Source of the DNA: an uncultured virus (IMG/VR IMGVR_UViG_3300002030_000016)
Taxonomy: Duplodnaviria; Heunggongvirae; Uroviricota; Caudoviricetes
Strand: one strand, 5' to 3'
Virus record (IMG/VR): IMGVR_UViG_3300002030_000016
Length of the DNA: 64,000 nucleotides
Shown: piece by piece, positions 36,951 through 45,022 of the stretch
Layout of the letters: each line of letters starts with the position of its first letter
Numbering within the stretch: position 1 is the first letter of the stretch
The notes under the pieces: model-generated
What the model was told of the DNA's origin: nothing
Seen by the model: only the letters and a program-made list of their open reading frames with translations
The model's database searches: none
Position numbers and translations under genes: made by a program

Positions 36951-37376
36951 ATGACGAAAAATATCTTTGAACGCGCATCGCGCAAGAAGACCCGGTTTCA
37001 ATCGACGCGCGGGGAACTGACCGTCGAAAATCTCTGGGATACGCCCCTTACGTCCAGCGACGGGTTCTGTCTCGACAAGATCGCCCTGCAGATCAACGGG
37101 GAACTGAAGGAACTGGAAGAAGGCAGCTTCGTCAAGACGAAGCCTGACCCCCGCGTGGGTCTGCTGACGCTGCAACTGGACATCGTGAAACACATCATCG
37201 CTGTTAAGCTGGAAGACGCTGAGAAGGCGAAAACCGCTGCAGAGCGCCGCCAACGTCGCGCCAAGATCATCGACGCTCTTGGTGAAAAGGAAGATGCCGA
37301 TCTGGCCAAGAAGTCACGCAAGTCCTTGCTGGCAGAACTTCAGGGTCTGGACGAAGAAGAACCTACCGAAGAATGA
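36951..37376 (+). CDS. conserved hypothetical phage protein
   Basis: RBS AGGAG; IFERASRKKTRFQSTRGELTVENLWDTPL..LDIVKHII. Confidence 0.75.
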   Translation: MTKNIFERASRKKTRFQSTRGELTVENLWDTPLTSSDGFCLDKIALQINGELKELEEGSFVKTKPDPRVGLLTLQLDIVKHIIAVKLEDAEKAKTAAERRQRRAKIIDALGEKEDADLAKKSRKSLLAELQGLDEEEPTEE

Positions 37377-37436
37377 CGCTGTGGTGTCCGCCCTTGCGGG
37401 GGCGGCATCCAGAGCGTCATCAGATAGGAATGCCCC

Positions 37437-38645
37437 ATGACCACCAATATCAGTTGGACCGATGAAACTTGGAATCCTGTTGTGGGCTGCACGATTGTCA
37501 GCCCCGGCTGCACCAACTGCTATGCGATGAACATGGCAAGACGCTTGGAAGCAATGGGCGTAGATCACTACAAAGGGCTGACCCGGATGTCTGGTGGTCG
37601 CGCCATCTGGACGGGGAAAGTTACAACCGCACCAGATCACGTCTGGGATAAGCCCTTCAAATGGCGGGAACCACGGATGATCTTCGTGAATTCTATGAGC
37701 GACCTTTTCCACAAGTCTTTTTCAAATGAAGACATCGACCGGGCCTTGGGTGTCATGGCGGTGGCAGGGCAAAAATTTCAAGGCGCTGGGGATGGGTACA
37801 CCGTAAGCGGTTCTTGGACATCTTCGAAAGGGCACGAAGTCCCGATAAGGTGGCCAAACCAAAAGTCGGGACCGCATGTCTTCCAGATACTGACCAAGCG
37901 CGCTGACCGGATGCGGGAACACATGACCACCCGCCGCGCCCAGATCGCCGCTGCTGCTTACAGAGCAGCCCATAACAGGATTTGCGCTGGTGGCCTTGCT
38001 GACGCCATAGAAAACGGAAGCAACTGGCCATTGCCGAATGTTTGGCTGGGCATCAGCGCAGAAGACCAAGCTACCGCCAACGAACGCATTCCTGATCTTT
38101 TGGCCACCCCGGCGGAAGTTCGGTGGATTAGCGCCGAACCACTACTGGATCGTATCGATCTGGCATCTATCAGAACCATGAAATTTCGCGGGGCAGAAGG
38201 CGTGAATGCCTTCACTGGCGATTTGATGGATTTCATGGGCGAACCTGTAGGAAAGACCAACACTATCGATTGGATGGTGGTGGGTGGTGAGAGTGGACCC
38301 AAAGCACGCCCCATGAACCCAGACTGGGTGATCGAACTGGAAATCCAGTGTGAACAGTCGGGCATCCCTTTCCACCTGAAACAGTGGGGCGAATGGATTT
38401 CTTATGACAACTTCGGTGCGAACGGCTGGCAACACACCAGAATGAAGGGCGGCAAGAACCTTGGAAAGCTGGTCTTCGGTGGTTTTGGTCAAAGCACGCT
38501 GTCTGATCGTGAGTACGAAACCCGCTATCCGTGGGCTACCGAACACAGACCCGGACCCTGCATGGTTCGCGTAGGAAAAAAAGCGGCTGGGCGCAAATTG
38601 TTTGGGAAGGTCTATGACGCATACCCAGAAAGGGACGCCGCATGA
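37437..38645 (+). CDS. phage Gp37/Gp68 (DUF5131) family radical-SAM-like protein
   Basis: ISWTDETWNPVVGCTIVSPGCTNCYA, FVNSMSDLFH, FQILTKR, NVWLGIS, ISAEPLL, VVGGESG, FHLKQWG. Confidence 0.92.
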   Translation: MTTNISWTDETWNPVVGCTIVSPGCTNCYAMNMARRLEAMGVDHYKGLTRMSGGRAIWTGKVTTAPDHVWDKPFKWREPRMIFVNSMSDLFHKSFSNEDIDRALGVMAVAGQKFQGAGDGYTVSGSWTSSKGHEVPIRWPNQKSGPHVFQILTKRADRMREHMTTRRAQIAAAAYRAAHNRICAGGLADAIENGSNWPLPNVWLGISAEDQATANERIPDLLATPAEVRWISAEPLLDRIDLASIRTMKFRGAEGVNAFTGDLMDFMGEPVGKTNTIDWMVVGGESGPKARPMNPDWVIELEIQCEQSGIPFHLKQWGEWISYDNFGANGWQHTRMKGGKNLGKLVFGGFGQSTLSDREYETRYPWATEHRPGPCMVRVGKKAAGRKLFGKVYDAYPERDAA

Positions 38646-39205
38646 AGTACGTCATCGGTCAGAACGTCCCGTGGAATGCGTCGTGGTCAGCAGAAGCTGA
38701 CACCGGCTTCAAGGTTAAGCGGTGCCAGTTCTCGCAAGGACAGCGGGCCATCTGGCAGATCGAAAGGCCGGGGGTGGGCGTTCCCATATTCGCAAAGCCA
38801 CACCCGGTCAGACAGCGCCAGTCCATCGATCAGATGCTTTGCACCGTTTGCGGAAAACCAACCCTTGAAGGAATGGGGGACCGCTGGTGGTTCGGATTTG
38901 GGATGCTGAACGACGGGCATTTCATGACTTCCGAATCGCCAGTCCACCATCGATGCGCCAAAATATCGGAACGGCTCTGCCCTCGCATACGGGCATTCAG
39001 CTTGAAGCCCCAGCCTTGGCCTGATGGTTCTCGAAAGCTGATGGCGTTTGTTGGCGGCAAGGAAGTCGAAAACGATTTTGGGATTCGGGTGAAGACAGGT
39101 CAGATCGTCGTGGGGTCTTTGAAGCTGGGCTGGCCTATCGCAGAAGCGATGAAGATACCGGAAATCGCACGCCACATCCGCCCTGAAAATCTGGTGAGTT
39201 CATGA
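38642..39205 (+). CDS. Cys/His-containing hypothetical protein
   Basis: VPWNASWSAE..HPVRQR..LCTVCG..VHHRCA..LCP. Confidence 0.65.
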   Translation: MKYVIGQNVPWNASWSAEADTGFKVKRCQFSQGQRAIWQIERPGVGVPIFAKPHPVRQRQSIDQMLCTVCGKPTLEGMGDRWWFGFGMLNDGHFMTSESPVHHRCAKISERLCPRIRAFSLKPQPWPDGSRKLMAFVGGKEVENDFGIRVKTGQIVVGSLKLGWPIAEAMKIPEIARHIRPENLVSS

Positions 39206-39507
39206 CCATCATCATCGATCAAGTCGTCTGGTTCCGTGATCTACGTGGCCAAGATATGAACTGCGACTTCAGCTATCTGGTTATCCACCCGGACGGGAAT
39301 ACCGAGACGCGGGAAGCGTGCGGACAAGACCTTGAAGACCGGGTAAAGGCTGATTTTCCAGATGCGACCTTCCTTTCTCGACAGGTCACAATGTCCCATG
39401 TGGAAGGACGCCCCGAAAAGTCCGAATTGAATGGTGATCTGGACGCATTGCGCTTGTCACATCCAGAGGCGCACGCAATCCTTGTTGGCCGATTCGTAAA
39501 ATCTTGA
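39202..39507 (+). CDS. hypothetical protein
   Basis: ATGA coupling. Confidence 0.55.
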   Translation: MTIIIDQVVWFRDLRGQDMNCDFSYLVIHPDGNTETREACGQDLEDRVKADFPDATFLSRQVTMSHVEGRPEKSELNGDLDALRLSHPEAHAILVGRFVKS

Positions 39508-39520
39508 AGAGGACGGACCT

Positions 39521-39817
39521 ATGAGACTGAGAGACGTTACACCCGGAACGATTATCAAGCTGGATGAAGGGTTCACCTGCCACGGTGGCGGAATGACCCG
39601 CGTTCGAAGAGACGATGGCGGACTGTATTTCAAATGCAAGGATGGCAAGCACTACCTTGAAGGCCAACTTCCCTTTGACCCAGCGGACGATGACGAACTT
39701 GTGGGCATCAGCAGGGCCACATTATTCGACCGTTTGCATGGCCCAACGGTCTGCATGATCTTGCTCGCTGCAGCATTTGCTTCCGCGTATTGGCGCTTTG
39801 GATTTTTTGAGGGTTGA
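39521..39817 (+). CDS. hypothetical protein with C-terminal TM helix
   Basis: RBS GAGGA; DEGFTC..LYFKCKDGKHYLEGQ. Confidence 0.6.
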   Translation: MRLRDVTPGTIIKLDEGFTCHGGGMTRVRRDDGGLYFKCKDGKHYLEGQLPFDPADDDELVGISRATLFDRLHGPTVCMILLAAAFASAYWRFGFFEG

Positions 39818-39857
39818 AACCCTTTTTCTATCGTGCCATTGGTGAGGGATGAAACCC
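39811..39857. promoter_or_regulatory. tandem operators GGGTTGAAACCC (39811) and GGGATGAAACCC (39846)
   Basis: Match to the genome-wide operator consensus; directly upstream of the 39849-41827 gene cluster. Confidence 0.6.
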
Positions 39858-40097
39858 TCAAACGAAGACTATCGCGAAGGAAGACGGGCCGGGTTCTTAG
39901 CAGCAGCGAATTCTTTGGATGTGCTGATAATGCAATGTGAAGATTACGCAACATCATCGCCCCGTCACCTTGCCCCAGCGTTCGATGCCTTGGCTTTAGC
40001 CTACACGAACGCGCAGCTTCACATCCGCGATGTGGCTGAAGGCCGGACACCAGAAAGGACACAGATCGATGATCCGCACATTGACCCTATTGAATGA
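39849..40097 (+). CDS. hypothetical protein
   Basis: 82 aa ORF whose start lies inside the second operator. Confidence 0.45.
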   Translation: MKPSNEDYREGRRAGFLAAANSLDVLIMQCEDYATSSPRHLAPAFDALALAYTNAQLHIRDVAEGRTPERTQIDDPHIDPIE

Positions 40098-40434
40098 ACG
40101 TGGCGACACCACGCTTGCTTGGGACGAAGACAGTGACGAACGCATGATCGCCCTGATCGATGCCAAGATCAAAGAAGGGATGACTTTCTTTCTGCTGAAG
40201 CCGAAAGCCAAGCCCACGGTGAAACAGAGGAAGCTGAAATCAGCCAAGGACGCCCTGCCAGACCGCGCCGTGGTGATGTCTGACCAAGACTTCGCTGAAA
40301 TGCTCACCAGCGGTGCAGCGACCGCGACAGACGCGCCTGAAGGCGAATTAGAGGTTGTGGACACGGCAACGACCGGGGCGGACGTGGTGAAGCACGGCAC
40401 CGCCGCTGCAGCGAAGCCGATGCGGGGCGGGTGA
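40069..40434 (+). CDS. small protein ending in Gly-Gly (candidate ubiquitin-like modifier)
   Basis: RBS GAAAGGA; MIRTLTLLNERGDTTLAWD...EGMTFFLL...AKPMRGG-stop. Confidence 0.65.
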   Translation: MIRTLTLLNERGDTTLAWDEDSDERMIALIDAKIKEGMTFFLLKPKAKPTVKQRKLKSAKDALPDRAVVMSDQDFAEMLTSGAATATDAPEGELEVVDTATTGADVVKHGTAAAAKPMRGG

Positions 40435-40607
40435 TGTCGCCTGTTGTCGCACTGCTGATTATCAGCATCGAAATGGCAGCCATCGGCTGGATGGTGGGTC
40501 GCATCGAAGTCCTTGGGAACCCCAAGGAAGTCTTCCGTGCCCAGCGGGCCTACTACTTCGCCATGATGATTGCGTTCTTTGGGGTGGGGAAAACATGGTT
40601 TTCCTAG
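40434..40607 (+). CDS. 57-aa two-TM membrane protein (not in the ORF track)
   Basis: TGATG-coupled; MSPVVALLIISIEMAAIGWMVGRIEVLGNPKEVFRAQRAYYFAMMIAFFGVGKTWFS. Confidence 0.55.
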   Translation: MSPVVALLIISIEMAAIGWMVGRIEVLGNPKEVFRAQRAYYFAMMIAFFGVGKTWFS

Positions 40608-41827
40608 TCGATAGATTGCCCCCTGAAATCCAATACGCGATGGACAACATCGTGGAACTTTGTGACGTGACAGCGGACGTTGCCACTTTCTTCAGGCACC
40701 ACGACGAAAAGGCGCGGGTCTTCTACGACTTCACGGCTGAAGAATGCGATTTCCACGGCATCCCATTTGATCACGCCCTGCCCCGGCTGCTTGACCAGAG
40801 ATACATGCAATGGAGGAAGACAGCACCGCTGCATGATCGCATCGACTGCCTGCTGTCTGGGGCCGGGTGCCTGACCATGCAGATCGATGAACTGGCGCAC
40901 GGCATTTCAGATCATGGCATCGACAAGCTGTTGCAGGGCGGGAAGCGGTCCCAGCGCCGCGCCAGATCGCCAGACGCGGTGATCCGAGCCGGGGCAACTG
41001 AACGCAGCCGGAATTTTGCTGTTGCCATAGAACGGCTTCGCGGCCTGATCGCTGATGATGTTGCAGAGGCAGCGGGCCAAGAAGACCACGTTCTGGATTT
41101 ACTGGCGACCGAACGACAACTGACGATGCAAGCTGAACGACAGCTTGCTGAAGAAGTCCGGCGCGTATTCGAACGACGTGTGAAGCGCCCACCCCGTTCA
41201 GTACGGAAGCAGAAGGCCAAGGCCATGTTGCGGGCCTTCAACTTCGCGTCGTCGCTGATTGGCCGCGAGACAGTCAGCGCGTTTGTTCAAGGCGACAGGA
41301 TCACCATTGCTGGACGGAACATGGATTTCATCATCAAGCCGAAAGGTCTTTGTGACGGATACGGTGGATGGTTCATCGAAGTCGCGGACAAGACCGGCGT
41401 GGTGATGTGCGAACTGTGCGTCTATCAGGAAGACGTGAACACGCTAGATCAGGTCGCAGCACTCGCCATGCACGTCATGGCCGGTGATGAAGAAAAGGTC
41501 TTTGCCATCGGGAACCTGCACCAGACCCACACCCCAAACCATCCATTGATCATCCAGCGGTCTGAACTTCGTGATGAAATCAAACCACCGCAACAGCATG
41601 TGCCTTGGGACATGAATGATGTTCGTCTTCAGATCGATGGCCCCGCCGGGTGGAACCCATCAGATCGAACGATGATGCGCCGCGAAGTCCGACATCGCAT
41701 CCAGCGCCGGTATCGATCCATCAGCTATTCGATGGATGATTTTGTCCCTGATGACATCGTGGAAGCCCGGAACCGGGTTCGTGCAGGACGTGAACAAAGA
41801 GAAAGGGTCATCGCCCATGCTTCGTGA
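40595..41827 (+). CDS. hypothetical protein; C-terminal domain with LC...D...DE..F...N pattern
   Basis: 410 aa ORF; ELCVYQEDVNTLDQVAALAMHVMAGDEEKVFAIGN. Confidence 0.65.
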   Translation: MVFLVDRLPPEIQYAMDNIVELCDVTADVATFFRHHDEKARVFYDFTAEECDFHGIPFDHALPRLLDQRYMQWRKTAPLHDRIDCLLSGAGCLTMQIDELAHGISDHGIDKLLQGGKRSQRRARSPDAVIRAGATERSRNFAVAIERLRGLIADDVAEAAGQEDHVLDLLATERQLTMQAERQLAEEVRRVFERRVKRPPRSVRKQKAKAMLRAFNFASSLIGRETVSAFVQGDRITIAGRNMDFIIKPKGLCDGYGGWFIEVADKTGVVMCELCVYQEDVNTLDQVAALAMHVMAGDEEKVFAIGNLHQTHTPNHPLIIQRSELRDEIKPPQQHVPWDMNDVRLQIDGPAGWNPSDRTMMRREVRHRIQRRYRSISYSMDDFVPDDIVEARNRVRAGREQRERVIAHAS

Positions 41828-42122
41828 ATTGAAACAGTGGATTGGAAGACTGATGCCAAGAGCCGCGCCCAGCAACCCAGTCACCAACCTTCCCCCAGAT
41901 CACGGTTTCGAAGAAGATGAACCATGTGGACGCGGGGACGCCTGCCCCGGCATCCTTGAACTTAGCCAAGAACCGGGCACGAACTGCACATGCCATCTTG
42001 GACATGCGCCGTGCAGTTCCTGTGAAACAGACTGGACGTGGTGCCCTGAGTGCGGGTGGGAAGCACGCGACGAACCGCCCTACCAATGGAAATCCGTGGG
42101 TGATCCACGCCCCCGGCACTAA
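41817..42122 (+). CDS. Cys-rich hypothetical protein
   Basis: CGRGDACPG..NCTCH..APCSSC..CPECGW. Confidence 0.6.
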   Translation: MLRELKQWIGRLMPRAAPSNPVTNLPPDHGFEEDEPCGRGDACPGILELSQEPGTNCTCHLGHAPCSSCETDWTWCPECGWEARDEPPYQWKSVGDPRPRH

Positions 42123-42139
42123 ATCAAAAGGAATGCCCC

Positions 42140-42511
42140 TTGCGATACGATCTGAAAAAACCCTGCAAGAACTGCCCCTTTGCGCCCACGGAAACCCGCA
42201 TCAGGTTTTCCTGTAAAGAGCGGGCCGAAGAAATAGAGGAAAGCGCATACCGGCATGGGTTCCCGTGTCACTTGAGCGCGGAACACCGTGAAGGTGAATT
42301 CGATGACGGATTTATAGCAGGGGAAAATACCCAACTCTGCATGGGTGCCGCGATGATGTACTTGGCATCTGGGCAGACCAGTTGGCCCGGAATCGATAAC
42401 AACGAAGAAATTGCCGATAAAATCGCAGGCAATGCCGATTGGAACGCTCCGCATTACGATAACGAAGACGCCTTCATAGCAGGTGCAGTTGAACCAAGGA
42501 CCAGATCATGA
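42140..42511 (+). CDS. Cys-containing hypothetical protein
   Basis: RBS AAGGAATGCCCC-TTG; KPCKNCPF..FPCH..QLCMGA. Confidence 0.65.
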   Translation: MRYDLKKPCKNCPFAPTETRIRFSCKERAEEIEESAYRHGFPCHLSAEHREGEFDDGFIAGENTQLCMGAAMMYLASGQTSWPGIDNNEEIADKIAGNADWNAPHYDNEDAFIAGAVEPRTRS

Positions 42512-42909
42512 CCGCAATGACCGCCCAGAAAGACGATGGCATTCAAGCGCCAGTCACGCTTCAGCAGATCACTGATGCGATGAAAGCCGCGAAAGCCAGC
42601 ATGGACGCTATGGGCAAACCCCCAGAAATCCGCGCCACGATCACTGGCGAAGCGATTCTGGCGAGACACACAGACTTTGTGAACCTGAAAGAAAACCTGT
42701 TCGGTCTTGCCAGCGTTCCGGTGATTTCGAAGAAGAAGCTGGCGCTGATGGCGATTGTCGAAGCCCGTGAATTCTACCCGGATGGCAACATCAAATCTGT
42801 GATTTCGATTGGACCGATGGGCAGCTTCAAGTTTTCCCCGGAAGGTATGCACCCGGAAGTTTGGAAAGGCATACTGGCAGCGATTGAAGAGGCTGACCGC
42901 GATGACTGA
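42508..42909 (+). CDS. hypothetical protein
   Basis: ATGA coupling. Confidence 0.55.
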   Translation: MTAMTAQKDDGIQAPVTLQQITDAMKAAKASMDAMGKPPEIRATITGEAILARHTDFVNLKENLFGLASVPVISKKKLALMAIVEAREFYPDGNIKSVISIGPMGSFKFSPEGMHPEVWKGILAAIEEADRDD

Positions 42910-43318
42910 TGAAGAACTGATCAGATTCGCCAAGGAATTCAGAGACGGCATCCTTGATGGTCGTGACCCATCCAGAACCTGCTACATGGTCAGCGCCCCT
43001 CTTGCCCCGCTTCTGAGGGTCAGCGGTGTTGAATGTAGCATCGACGGCTGGCAGACCGAAGAAGAGAACCATTATTTCGTGCGACTGAAAGACAATCGAA
43101 TTCTGGACCCAACCATCGATCAGTTTGCCGGGTGGGAAGAAACGCCGGTCTATCTGGGCACCGGCATCCCCAAAATCCACAAAGTCTACCTGCGCGCCGG
43201 GGGGTGGTTTGCTGAGACGACCGAAGGTTCCGGTCCTTGGCGGACTAAGGCAGCAGCGGACGAAGCCTTTCATGGATACTTCGAACGGGCGCATGAACTG
43301 GACGCGATGTCGCCATGA
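42902..43318 (+). CDS. transglutaminase/papain-like Cys-His-Asp protein
   Basis: TCYMVS (C), NHYFV (H), ILDPTIDQF (D), in the order and spacing of the transglutaminase-like fold. Confidence 0.6.
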   Translation: MTDEELIRFAKEFRDGILDGRDPSRTCYMVSAPLAPLLRVSGVECSIDGWQTEEENHYFVRLKDNRILDPTIDQFAGWEETPVYLGTGIPKIHKVYLRAGGWFAETTEGSGPWRTKAAADEAFHGYFERAHELDAMSP

Positions 43319-43518
43319 AGCCCAAACGGTCAGCACGGGCTGAAATCGATGAAGCATTGGCAGATGGAAAAATCACATGCCGGTCTTGCCCAACCGTCGT
43401 GCTGCAGCCGGGGACATTTTGCCGGGAATGCCAGATGTACTGGGATGACGTTGATGCCGGTCTATTCGATGACCCAGTTGAAGAGTGGTATGGGTATGAT
43501 GACGATGATGAAGGATGA
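43315..43518 (+). CDS. small zinc-ribbon acidic protein
   Basis: CRSC...FCRECQ. Confidence 0.5.
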   Translation: MKPKRSARAEIDEALADGKITCRSCPTVVLQPGTFCRECQMYWDDVDAGLFDDPVEEWYGYDDDDEG

Positions 43519-43734
43519 ACGGAAGCCCGGTGGAGGGCGTGGCCAAATGCCCTTCAACTATTCTCCAAAAGTCCGGGCTGCCCTACTGCATCGGACCTAT
43601 GGACGGGTTCCTGATGGAACCCACCCCCACACGATCTTCAGCATGTTCCGGCGCGGGCTGATCGATAAAGACGACAAGATCACGCAACTGGGCGAAGCAG
43701 CAGCCAAGCTGGTCGAATTGGATGAAAGGAATCG

Positions 43735-44235
43735 GTGATGGCACTGGACATGATCACCATCAATTTGAGTGAGTGGCCAGAACAATGCCCCATTTGCGGG
43801 GAATGGGAACCCGGTCATCTTAATCACGCCGTCGCCTTCTGCTGCGAACCTACCCACGATGAAATCGGTGATGAAAGCAGTGTCTATCCGGGGCACACCG
43901 TAGGCGGTATGTCATGCTGCAAGACCTGCCACGACAACCACTATTGGATGCTGCACATGCGCCATGCCGCCGTTGCCCGGAACACCAAGACCAATCGCTT
44001 CCACCCAATCGTGTTCAAACCTGAGACAGCACCGGGCCGCGCCCAGCGCACAGCAGGCGGGGGAAAGATCAACCACATAGCCTTCCGGCACCACAAGGAA
44101 GGTTTCGAGACAGAGCCTGAAGCACGGACCTACATTGGCCACCACAGCCACATCCTTCAGGATTCTGGGCTACTCTTCGACTGGTCCGGCGAAGACGAAC
44201 CAACAACGTCATGGTTTTTTCCCGCCTTGGGATGA
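43735..44235 (+). CDS. Cys/His-containing hypothetical protein
   Basis: CPICG...CCKTCHD. Confidence 0.55.
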   Translation: MMALDMITINLSEWPEQCPICGEWEPGHLNHAVAFCCEPTHDEIGDESSVYPGHTVGGMSCCKTCHDNHYWMLHMRHAAVARNTKTNRFHPIVFKPETAPGRAQRTAGGGKINHIAFRHHKEGFETEPEARTYIGHHSHILQDSGLLFDWSGEDEPTTSWFFPALG

Positions 44236-44642
44236 TGCCATGATAAAAATCAACTCTCAAAATGAGGTAAAAACGATGCAGAACCTATCAATCTTCGCAC
44301 TGGCAATCGTTCTTTCGACCCCAGCAGGCGCTGAAACAGTTTTGTTTGAATCTGGCCCTGTTGTGCTGGAAGGTGGCGCAACCACCGTGACATTTCACAA
44401 ACCGGCGGACCCTGAAATCCAAGTGTGCGAACAGCACTATGGTCAGGATGTGATCCTTTGCGGTCCTTACCTGATCGTGTTCGGTTCATCGGGGACCGGC
44501 GATGCCCACTGGCAGACGACAGAAGAACTGATGGATGACCAAACCAGATCAGCCACTGATTAAACCTGCAGGGGGAACGGCAGTGAAGCCGGGGGAAGAC
44601 CGGCTTCACCAAAAGACCCGCAAATTTCAGAGGAACCACTAA

Positions 44643-44888
44643 ATGACCCCTTCAAGACGCCAATTTATGTCCGGCGCAAGCGCCGCTGTTGCAGCGCCAT
44701 TCCTGCCACCTGTTCCGTCATTGTTGGCAACAACGCCTGTCGAAGACCTGCCAGTGATCGAAGGTGGATGCCCGTGCATCGCCATCGCTGTTGCTTTGGC
44801 AGGAATCGTTGTCACTGAAATGCGGGAAGCTGCAGGCGAAGAAGGTGGTGGGCCGGTGTTTGCTGCCCTGATGTATCAGCCGTCCTGA
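44643..44888 (+). CDS. small protein with Tat-like signal and a TM helix
   Basis: RBS GAGGA; MTPSRRQFMSGASAAVAAP. Confidence 0.55.
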   Translation: MTPSRRQFMSGASAAVAAPFLPPVPSLLATTPVEDLPVIEGGCPCIAIAVALAGIVVTEMREAAGEEGGGPVFAALMYQPS

Positions 44889-44891
44889 CAC

Positions 44892-44919
44892 AAAAAAAAG
44901 CCCCAGCCAAAGCCGGGGC
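44892..44919 (-). terminator. Rho-independent terminator for the late tail/lysis operon
   Basis: Minus strand GCCCCGGC-TTTG-GCTGGGGC followed by a T-tract, between convergent operons. Confidence 0.75.
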
Positions 44920-45022
44920 GAAAGTCTAGGGAGGATACCCTATTGATTGAGACGGGTTTCATACAGGCAAGAAACCTATCGAGCAGTAAGGGTTCCTACC
45001 CTGAGTTTGAAACGGATGTCAA

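Noticed and set aside
44954..45001. Extra operator copies GGGTTTCATACA and GGGTTCCTACCC
   Set aside because: Both deviate from the consensus and lie between convergent gene ends with no downstream gene to regulate; too weak to count
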